This document shows, in pieces, positions 57,096 through 64,000 of a stretch of 64,000 bases of DNA. Both the position numbers and the translations under genes were made by a program. The notes below the pieces were generated by a model, which did not search any database, had not been told where the DNA came from, and worked only from the letters and a program-made list of their open reading frames with translations. Position 1 is the stretch's first letter; each line of letters starts with the position of its first letter. Origin of the DNA: an uncultured virus (IMG/VR IMGVR_UViG_3300021197_001080) (taxonomy: Duplodnaviria > Heunggongvirae > Uroviricota > Caudoviricetes); the IMG/VR virus record IMGVR_UViG_3300021197_001080, one strand, 5' to 3'.

Positions 57096-57691
57096 TGTTT
57101 CATCTCTCCTGCTTCTTTTCTTAGGTTCTCTTCAGCCCAAAGAGGTTGCAAGTTCTCGTAATTGAAACAAGCATGTCTTTCCTCTTCCAAAGAAAGGTCA
57201 AACGAAGCACATGGCCTAATATGGTCAATGTGCCACTCTCCATAGTTTTGCCAAGTCATACCCTCTTTGAATTGAGAAGCAAGGTGTTTTTTCAATTCAT
57301 CAACAGAGCAACCGACATACTGAAACGAAGAAATCTTATTTTTTCCTTTGACGAAGGCATACAATCTCGCTCTTAGACTAGACTTTACTCTCCAAGTAGA
57401 AGAATGCCGATACAAATGAGAAAAATCCCTCAACAAAGCCTCCTCATCACCATCGTAATCTGACTCTATGAGAAGGTTAAAGGATTTCTTGTTCCTCAAC
57501 CACTCAGTCACTACTTCTTCCCAATGGTCCAACTTAGTTCCATCTAGCGATGCATTCTTCTTTGCAACTCGCCCACCATATTGATTGTAGTAGCACTTAA
57601 CATGCCATACTTCGGGATAGTGTTCATGCTCTGCAATTGTTCTGCCTAGAACTTCGGACGATATATCCAACAGGCAACCCTCACACTTCAT
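57092..57691 (-). CDS. HNH-type homing endonuclease-like protein
   Basis: WHIDHIRPC...NLQPLWAEENLRK beta-beta-alpha-metal signature. Confidence 0.8.
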   Translation of the reverse strand: MKCEGCLLDISSEVLGRTIAEHEHYPEVWHVKCYYNQYGGRVAKKNASLDGTKLDHWEEVVTEWLRNKKSFNLLIESDYDGDEEALLRDFSHLYRHSSTWRVKSSLRARLYAFVKGKNKISSFQYVGCSVDELKKHLASQFKEGMTWQNYGEWHIDHIRPCASFDLSLEEERHACFNYENLQPLWAEENLRKEAGEMKQ

Positions 57692-59385
57692 CCTTCCATC
57701 CCTCTAGCAACAAACGCCGCCGTTCTAATTGCTTCCCTAGCACTAGCGGTAATGCTAGCGGCCAAGTCAACATCAGCCCAACCGAAACCTTGGAAGGCAA
57801 CAATGCCATAGAAAGAGGCCATCAAACGCTTGACTGCCATTTGGTTGTTGTACCACTTTTGGTATTCGCCTGTTTCGTTCTCTCTAGCATAGCGCATCTG
57901 TTTCTTGTACGAGTCACGCAAAGCCTTCAACTCAAGAACGGCTCTAGGGAGCAAACCAAGTTCATCGGTCTTGTAATAGTGCATACTGGGGATGTGGCCA
58001 ACAGGTAGGGTTTGTAGGTTTCTAGGGACAAGAACATCAACACCAAACTCAGTCGGAGTAGGGCTCTTTGTTTCCCAAGAGATGTTTCTAGCAATCATCA
58101 TACTTGGGTAGAGTTGAGCGTAGTCCATAGCGGCGACACCAAGATGCAAACCGTTTGTTCCTTCATCAAGCGGATTGTAAATCATTGCTCCCTCGTAGTC
58201 CTTCCTTTCAACTGATTTGTCACCAGTAGGGGCCTTCCAAGAAGCGTTTCTCATGAAGTAAATACTACCCATGTGGGAAGCATAGAAACAAGCATCAAAT
58301 GGAGCCACTAGCAACCGCTGGAGAGAAAGAATCGCTTCACTTGTAAAGTTAGTTTCGTCAATCTTTCTCAGCAGTTCCACATCTTGTAAGGCGTACTGCA
58401 AATAGGCAACTGGGTCTTCTAACCAAGCACGGCGATAGAACTCATTCGGGTCTTCAAATTTAGTCTCTGTGTGCTTTCCTTCACCAAAAAGAGTTTGTGA
58501 AACATACTCAAGTGAGAGAGAAGGAAGTGTTCCTCGCTGAGAATCATTCCACTGTCGCTCAAAGGCCAAGTCAAGATTCAAGGTGATTCGCCCACCGATT
58601 GGCTGTTCAATTGGAGAATAGCCTTGTTCGGCATAAGCGAAGTAATAGCCGCTCTCGGACTTGTTTGATTTCACAAAGCCCTTTATCTGATTCATAGGGG
58701 AAATGATTCTAGCATCAATACCTAGAATAGCGGAGCGTTCTAGTAACTTAGGCAGGTCAAACTTCAACCCAAACCAAGCAATGAGCATATCGGGGTCTTC
58801 TGCAACAATGTGTCCAAGAAACCCTTCAATCATATCCTTCTCGCTAGTGTAATAGAAGAAGTTGACATTGTAATTCTCAATTGATAATTGGGAAGCCAAA
58901 TCAGCATTAAACTCATAGTTCGGGCACCATACGAATTGATGGAAGTTCTTACTGTAATTGTCAAAAGCGACAATTGCGGTGATGGCACTATCATGTTCTC
59001 CACCCTGTTGCCATTCCATATCCCAGTACCACTTTCTCAAGTTGTATTCGGGAAGTTCATCCAACTCGTCAACGCAAAAGCGGAAATGGTAGGGGACATC
59101 CCCTTCGTAGGTTTTGTCGTGAGCCTTTCTAGCATGGCGAGCATCGGAGTGCTTCTCGTAGCAAACACGAACAAGAGGGATACCGTCTAGATTCTTCCAA
59201 TCACCTTCAATGTAAGAAAATTCACATTGAGTGTAGTTGCTTATTGAATAATATGGTGGTCTATCTGCATCTGCTTCAATATAGAAATATGATAAGACGG
59301 ACGAAACTTTTTCTAGTTTCTCATCGTTCTCATTCCTCCAAGACATGTAGATTTCATTTTTACTCTTATTCTTACTAATAATCAT
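57688..59385 (-). CDS. polB: family B DNA polymerase, N-terminal subunit (exonuclease + motifs A, B)
   Basis: ExoI WDME, ExoII KFD, ExoIII YALQD, YEGA, motif A DYAQLYPS, motif B QMAVKRLMASFYG. Confidence 0.9.
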   Translation of the reverse strand: MIISKNKSKNEIYMSWRNENDEKLEKVSSVLSYFYIEADADRPPYYSISNYTQCEFSYIEGDWKNLDGIPLVRVCYEKHSDARHARKAHDKTYEGDVPYHFRFCVDELDELPEYNLRKWYWDMEWQQGGEHDSAITAIVAFDNYSKNFHQFVWCPNYEFNADLASQLSIENYNVNFFYYTSEKDMIEGFLGHIVAEDPDMLIAWFGLKFDLPKLLERSAILGIDARIISPMNQIKGFVKSNKSESGYYFAYAEQGYSPIEQPIGGRITLNLDLAFERQWNDSQRGTLPSLSLEYVSQTLFGEGKHTETKFEDPNEFYRRAWLEDPVAYLQYALQDVELLRKIDETNFTSEAILSLQRLLVAPFDACFYASHMGSIYFMRNASWKAPTGDKSVERKDYEGAMIYNPLDEGTNGLHLGVAAMDYAQLYPSMMIARNISWETKSPTPTEFGVDVLVPRNLQTLPVGHIPSMHYYKTDELGLLPRAVLELKALRDSYKKQMRYARENETGEYQKWYNNQMAVKRLMASFYGIVAFQGFGWADVDLAASITASAREAIRTAAFVARGMEG

Positions 59386-59393
59386 TTAATCAC

Positions 59394-60158
59394 CTAACTT
59401 GATACTGATGGTGCTTTCACAACTAAGCGGTCTTCAGCCATAATTAGAATTGGAAACTCGTCCTTTACATAAAAGTTGAGGAGTTGATTCTTATCAAAGA
59501 ACTTGTGAATAGGCGAAGTGAACTCAATTGTGGCCGCTTCTCCATGTGTATGGGTTGTAACCATTTGTTCTTCGTACCGGTTCTCAGTGCTTTGACGGGA
59601 AGAGAAGACAACTTCTCCTCCATCTTTGTAGTCCAGTTTATATGTCCCTGCTTTGACCAGTTCCATTGATTGCATACAAGATGCAAAGGAGCCAGAAAGC
59701 AAAGAGAATGCACCCTCATAAGAAGACTTACCAAAAGACAGAAGCGTTGTTGGGTGCAACTGATAGGTCGCATCACCGAGCATTTGAGTAATGCGCTCAA
59801 AGACAGAAGTGTCATGACCAGTAATCAAAGGAACCGTTGCTCGCTTGTTAGCACTAGAAAGCATAATGAAGTCACTAGAAGTGAATGTAACGGCATCGCT
59901 GAATGTCTTCAAGTAAGACAGAATCTTAGATACATCACAGACACAAGAACCGTTTTCTTCACCTTCAACAGTAATGTCTGCCCTCACAATGAAGGTAGCG
60001 TTACCGTTGTAGATTCTTAGGTTGTTTCCAGTCAAAGTCAACTGAACAGTTGTTCCTAGACTGCTACTGCTGAAACCGCTTGACCCAGCATACTTTCCCT
60101 TAACTTGGATGCTATCAAATACCTCTTTCATCTTTTTATTGTCTATTGTAAATTTCAA
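59394..60158 (-). CDS. PCNA-like sliding clamp
   Basis: 254 aa, two-domain beta/alpha pattern, C-terminal PILI...VVKAP; next to PolB with RFC nearby. Confidence 0.6.
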   Translation of the reverse strand: MKFTIDNKKMKEVFDSIQVKGKYAGSSGFSSSSLGTTVQLTLTGNNLRIYNGNATFIVRADITVEGEENGSCVCDVSKILSYLKTFSDAVTFTSSDFIMLSSANKRATVPLITGHDTSVFERITQMLGDATYQLHPTTLLSFGKSSYEGAFSLLSGSFASCMQSMELVKAGTYKLDYKDGGEVVFSSRQSTENRYEEQMVTTHTHGEAATIEFTSPIHKFFDKNQLLNFYVKDEFPILIMAEDRLVVKAPSVSS

Positions 60159-60964
60159 AGTTTACCCTCCCGCAATTCAGGAATACCGTTCCAAACGATG
60201 TTTGGCGGTTGTCCCTGCCTTGTGGTAAAGCGGCTTCCAACAAGATTACCGTTAGTCCTAGAACCAACAAGTTCTGCAATGTAGTGAATCTCGCCCTTGA
60301 TGTTCTTACGATAACAATGAAGTTCCTGCTCCAATTTACCACCCCAATCCTTCCAAGCAGGTTGAACACCGACTGGAGAATTATCTACATATCTTTCCGT
60401 TTCGTGAGTAATGTAAATTACATCACAATCCAAGTGGTAAATAGCCTCAAGAAGATGGTAGAAGGTCTTGTTTCTAGCACCGTACATGTAGGGCATGACC
60501 TTGGTGACAACCCGTGGGTTGGGATTAATCTTCAACATACAGTCTTCAAGCCAAGAGTCTACCCCATCAATAACAAAGATAGGCTTCTCACCTTCCTCAA
60601 TCTTTCCACGAACATAGCGGATAAACATATGAGAGTTTTCTTCGCTCTTCTCAATGTCAGTTACATTTTCTTTATTCAATGTAATTGGGCAGTAGACTTG
60701 AATGCGCTCTGTTGCATCGTGGTGTTCAATCCAAGTTGATTCAACCCCTCTATCCCAATCAAGAACATAGATTGGTCGGTTAGGGAAATCAAGTGCAAGA
60801 CCAGTTTTACCAGTCTTGGGTTCTCCCCAAATACCAAGAACAAGACGGGACTGCTTTTCTGCCCTCTTCTTCTCCATCAATTCACGGAATTTATTGTTAA
60901 ACTCCTCCTGTTTCGCACCAAAGTTCATGGTGTTCGCTTCTCCTCTTTTACTTGTAATACTCAT
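60155..60964 (-). CDS. Sak4/AAA_24-like RecA-fold ATPase (recombinase)
   Basis: GEPKTGKT, VLDWDRG, VIDG, YITH. Confidence 0.7.
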   Translation of the reverse strand: MSITSKRGEANTMNFGAKQEEFNNKFRELMEKKRAEKQSRLVLGIWGEPKTGKTGLALDFPNRPIYVLDWDRGVESTWIEHHDATERIQVYCPITLNKENVTDIEKSEENSHMFIRYVRGKIEEGEKPIFVIDGVDSWLEDCMLKINPNPRVVTKVMPYMYGARNKTFYHLLEAIYHLDCDVIYITHETERYVDNSPVGVQPAWKDWGGKLEQELHCYRKNIKGEIHYIAELVGSRTNGNLVGSRFTTRQGQPPNIVWNGIPELREGKL

Positions 60965-60965
60965 T

Positions 60966-61172
60966 TTAATTCCTCGCCTTTTTCCAATTTTTTATTAATT
61001 CATCTATTTCGTTTTGATTTCTAAACACCAATCGCACTTCCTTTGTGCCGATGTGGAGTTTGATGTGTTGGTTTCCATCGTCCCAGTTTTCCTTCATAGT
61101 AATGAAAGAAACCTCGGACAAATCCACCTCGTATTTGTTTTCTACAGAGAGAACATTCCCTTCAAACTTCAT
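60966..61172 (-). CDS. small PH-like hypothetical protein
   Basis: Start moved to ATG 61172 (MKFEG...); beta strands plus C-terminal helix. Confidence 0.55.
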   Translation of the reverse strand: MKFEGNVLSVENKYEVDLSEVSFITMKENWDDGNQHIKLHIGTKEVRLVFRNQNEIDELIKNWKKARN

Positions 61173-61381
61173 GAAAACTTCACTCCTTCGTAACATGTGT
61201 AAGCAGCAAGGAACTCTTGAAACTCACTCTTTGTCAAAATGTGGTTAACAGGTTTCGTTGCACCTGTATAGATTTTCAAGTTATACTGCTTGTATTGGTC
61301 AATATCCCAAGAAATGTGTTGAATCTTGCTAAAGAAGACAAATGCTCTGTTTGTTTTGATTGAATAATCACTAATTATCAT
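61169..61381 (-). CDS. small PH-like hypothetical protein
   Basis: AGGTGATATT SD; same topology pattern as the neighbour. Confidence 0.55.
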   Translation of the reverse strand: MIISDYSIKTNRAFVFFSKIQHISWDIDQYKQYNLKIYTGATKPVNHILTKSEFQEFLAAYTCYEGVKFS

Positions 61382-61396
61382 AATATCACCTACTAA

Positions 61397-61522
61397 TGGG
61401 GGAACGGGTTCATAGATACCACTCTACTATCTCCATTTTGGCTTTCGCCAAGACATGAAAGATTTTCCCGTTATTACTGGATAAACCCCAAAAGGCTTGA
61501 GCCGGTCAGTCTAAGACTAACC
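61397..61522 (-). ncRNA. candidate structured RNA/DNA element
   Basis: Seven complementary pairings including a GAAA-capped hairpin (see findings). Confidence 0.45.
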
Positions 61523-61525
61523 TAC

Positions 61526-62746
61526 TCAAAACCAGTCAAAGTCCTCCTCCACAGGGGAAGGGACATCAACTGGAGAACCGGTACGAGCAGTAACAAAGAT
61601 ACCGCCCGTATTGATGGTTGCTGGTTCAACACCGTCTTCTCCTTGCCTTTGAGAAGTTCTTCCAATGATAATCACAGAAGAACCAATACCGAAGTTAAGT
61701 TCAAGGTGTTCCGGAATCCAGCAAGTTACCATTCCACTATCGTTTTCATAGTCCATCTCTGCATTCAAGTCAGTAATGTTAATGATACGGTTTCCGTTTG
61801 AGGTTGGCGTCATGTTCATGTTACAGACAGTACCGTCCGTAACGACGAAACGCTCCTTTGCAGGAAGGGTTTGCATTTGCATGTGCCTACGGTCAAGTTC
61901 AACCAAAGGCGTGATGTTGCTATCAAAAGCATCAACAAGCAACTGTTGGAAATCGTAGTTGCTCACATCACGGTATTGTTCGCCTTGAGGGTCAAGTTCC
62001 TCGTTGAGAACAAGACTGTTCAAGGTGGTCGTAGTTGCGCCATACAAATCAGTACCGTTCTCGTTGGCAACACATGTAAAGTGAAGCCAAGTAAACGGTT
62101 GTGGTGTGAAGTCAACTGCTGGTTGATTTTTGTAGCCAAAGTAGTAAGGCTTCATTTCTCCACCAGCAACAGAACCGTAGAAGATACCAGTTCTTCGGTA
62201 TTGCTCTTTTGGAAGAGGCTTCCCGAAGTTCTTGTTGGTTCCACCGTTCATGTAAGTTTCAGTAGCATCAAGTGGAATGTAGATTCTACCGTCTTCAAGA
62301 GTCTCTGCGCCTTCCGGAAGGGAAGGAACAATCTTCTCTTGGTATTGCCCTTTGTGATAGCGGGAAACAACGAACCGTCCCAATGCGTTTTCAGTTGCTT
62401 GTGCGACAAGACCATCTTCAAGTGCTTTGTCGGAATCACGGACGAAGGCTTCCTTCGCTTTGTTTCGGTTCCAAGACATGGTATCTCTTGGTGCATCAAG
62501 GCTCACGAAGAACCCAAAGGCATCCTTGAACAGACTACCACCACTATTTTTGCTTTCACCACTACTTTCTTGTTTGTTGTTGCTTCGCAAAACATTTGCA
62601 ACATAAACTCTCCAAAGGCCAACAACCACAGGGTTGTCCATTGTCAAGTTATTCTCTTGACAAATGCTTTCGCACTTCACCTTCGCTTCATCCAGCCCAA
62701 TACCTAGGGCCTTCGCTCCATTTTCAATCTCAGTTTCAATATTCAT
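61526..62746 (-). CDS. putative RPA-like ssDNA-binding protein
   Basis: C-terminal OB-fold pattern (GTV...INITD...VTCW...GSSVIIIG) and acidic aromatic tail EEDFDWF. Confidence 0.6.
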   Translation of the reverse strand: MNIETEIENGAKALGIGLDEAKVKCESICQENNLTMDNPVVVGLWRVYVANVLRSNNKQESSGESKNSGGSLFKDAFGFFVSLDAPRDTMSWNRNKAKEAFVRDSDKALEDGLVAQATENALGRFVVSRYHKGQYQEKIVPSLPEGAETLEDGRIYIPLDATETYMNGGTNKNFGKPLPKEQYRRTGIFYGSVAGGEMKPYYFGYKNQPAVDFTPQPFTWLHFTCVANENGTDLYGATTTTLNSLVLNEELDPQGEQYRDVSNYDFQQLLVDAFDSNITPLVELDRRHMQMQTLPAKERFVVTDGTVCNMNMTPTSNGNRIINITDLNAEMDYENDSGMVTCWIPEHLELNFGIGSSVIIIGRTSQRQGEDGVEPATINTGGIFVTARTGSPVDVPSPVEEDFDWF

Positions 62747-62810
62747 TATTTCACCTCATTTTTTTTGTTTTCTTATTTTTTTTCTTTTCTATTTTTAAGT
62801 GAGTTCGTTC

Positions 62811-63722
62811 TCACATTAGTTGACTAACCAACCAAGATGCTAACACCTTGGGGGTCATTGTCGTTGAACGCCATTCTGCTTCACCAACGGTTCTTAAGAA
62901 CTTAAACTTGACATTACTGTCAAGGCCGTTGGCTGAAATAATGACATCGTGAAGACCATTACAAATTTCTTTGATGGTACGGCCTTTGTAGAGTAAATCA
63001 TGTATTTCACCTAGGACATTCGTATTCTTATTTCTTATTTTCTCAATGATATTTTTATAGTCGTCAAGTGTGTTTTCTACTTGTTTGGTGAGCGTTGAGT
63101 TACTTGCTTTGGCCGCTTGTATCTCGGTAATCGCCCTACGCATATCACCGTTCATAGCATATATGAAGGCTTCAATTTCCCCGCTTGAGAACCTACTAAT
63201 TCCCTCCTTGGAGAGAATAGATGTGATTACATTAAACATGTCCTCGTTGCCCAAGGGCTTGAAGTGATAGTTTGCACACCTGCTTTGTAGGGCGAAGATG
63301 ATTTTGTTCCGGTCATTACAGGTGATTATGAAGCGAATGTTTGACGCATAACGCTCCATGATTCGCTTAAGAGCATTCTGAGCATCAGTTGTCATCCCAT
63401 CCATCTCATCCAGTAGGCAAATGCGGAAAGGGACTGGGCCAATGCTGGAGTTCCTAGCAACTTCCTTGATAGAGTTGCGAACCGTTTCAAGTTTCCTGTC
63501 ATCGGACGCATTAATTTCAAAGAAATTGTCAGCATGGTATTCTCCTAGAATTTCTTTTCCTAGGATTATACCCGCAGTTGTTTTACCATTACCGGGATTA
63601 CCGTAAATCAAAACATTTGGCATTTCTTTATCGTCAATCCAAGATTGAGCGTCCATCGTAAAGTGTTGTTGCCCCATTACTTGGGATAAGTTATTTGGTC
63701 TGTATTTTTCTGTCCATAGCAT
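62811..63722 (-). CDS. rfcS: replication factor C small subunit (clamp loader)
   Basis: LWTEKYRP, GNPGNGKTT, EINASD, LDEMD, AQNAL, SRC. Confidence 0.95.
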   Translation of the reverse strand: MLWTEKYRPNNLSQVMGQQHFTMDAQSWIDDKEMPNVLIYGNPGNGKTTAGIILGKEILGEYHADNFFEINASDDRKLETVRNSIKEVARNSSIGPVPFRICLLDEMDGMTTDAQNALKRIMERYASNIRFIITCNDRNKIIFALQSRCANYHFKPLGNEDMFNVITSILSKEGISRFSSGEIEAFIYAMNGDMRRAITEIQAAKASNSTLTKQVENTLDDYKNIIEKIRNKNTNVLGEIHDLLYKGRTIKEICNGLHDVIISANGLDSNVKFKFLRTVGEAEWRSTTMTPKVLASWLVSQLM

Positions 63723-63921
63723 TTTTATTCCTCCTATATTCTTTTTTCCTTAATCTGTTTTTTAAATTATATTCGGGGTCTTCCCGATTTCGTTTTCTAT
63801 AATACGAATTCTTTCTCTTGTCATTTCTTTTCTTATTCATCTCTTGGGCGAGATGAAAGAAATCACCATATTTGCCTTCTTGAGCAAGAAGATAAAGCGT
63901 TTCAAACTGTTCTTCTGTCAT
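63691..63921 (-). CDS. small basic hypothetical protein
   Basis: 76 aa, K/R/N-rich C-terminus overlapping the RFC start. Confidence 0.45.
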   Translation of the reverse strand: MTEEQFETLYLLAQEGKYGDFFHLAQEMNKKRNDKRKNSYYRKRNREDPEYNLKNRLRKKEYRRNKNAMDRKIQTK

Positions 63922-64000
63922 TTCTTCCCAAAGCCCATATTGGATAAAGTTCCGTGGGATTTTTAATTGTTGAGCGGTGAAATAAGGTATGTCAAATATT

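Noticed and set aside
56513..57691. Group I intron or intein interrupting polB
   Set aside because: The spacer is fully occupied by four overlapping ORFs, the C-part has its own start, and no splice motifs were seen. Not formally excluded without RNA data.
61397..61522. tRNA or hammerhead ribozyme
   Set aside because: No cloverleaf/TTCG arm and no CUGAUGA core. No tRNA was recognised anywhere in the window by eye.
1..64000. Integrated provirus or cellular archaeal chromosome
   Set aside because: No integrase, att-like tRNA or cellular housekeeping flanks; the replication genes form a compact viral-style operon.

Overview
This window is most of the genome of a tailed (Caudoviricetes, siphovirus-like) dsDNA virus of an archaeon. 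The gene set, AGGTGA-type Shine-Dalgarno sites and marine-type tail proteins fit a magrovirus-like virus of Marine Group II/Poseidoniales, but the host is inferred. There are two convergent blocks. The + strand morphogenesis block (~1.3-49.6 kb) has small tagged ORFs, TerS?, TerL, portal, ATP-dependent DNA ligase, prohead protease/scaffold, major capsid protein, a small-GTPase/membrane module, neck, tail tube, frameshifted tail chaperone, tape measure, tail tip/fibres and an HMG-CoA lyase-like gene. The - strand archaeal-type replication block (~49.6-64 kb) has RFC, RPA-like SSB, Sak4-like ATPase, PCNA-like clamp, split PolB, Cas4-like nuclease, fused primase, XPF nuclease, MCM-like ATPase and a DEDD exonuclease. 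The most striking unexplained signals are: (1) about 20 unrelated head-region proteins share a terminal W-x-x-(I/V/E)-(L/I)-(K/R) peptide resembling the scaffold C-terminus and ending in a candidate protease site, a possible capsid cargo-tagging system whose genes sit in repeat-bounded cassette arrays; (2) an Arf/Sar1-like small GTPase embedded among membrane proteins; (3) a ligase polyprotein in the head module; (4) a highly structured intergenic element at 61.4-61.5 kb. Two 100-N scaffold gaps interrupt tail genes. All calls come from reading motifs by eye; no database searches were run.
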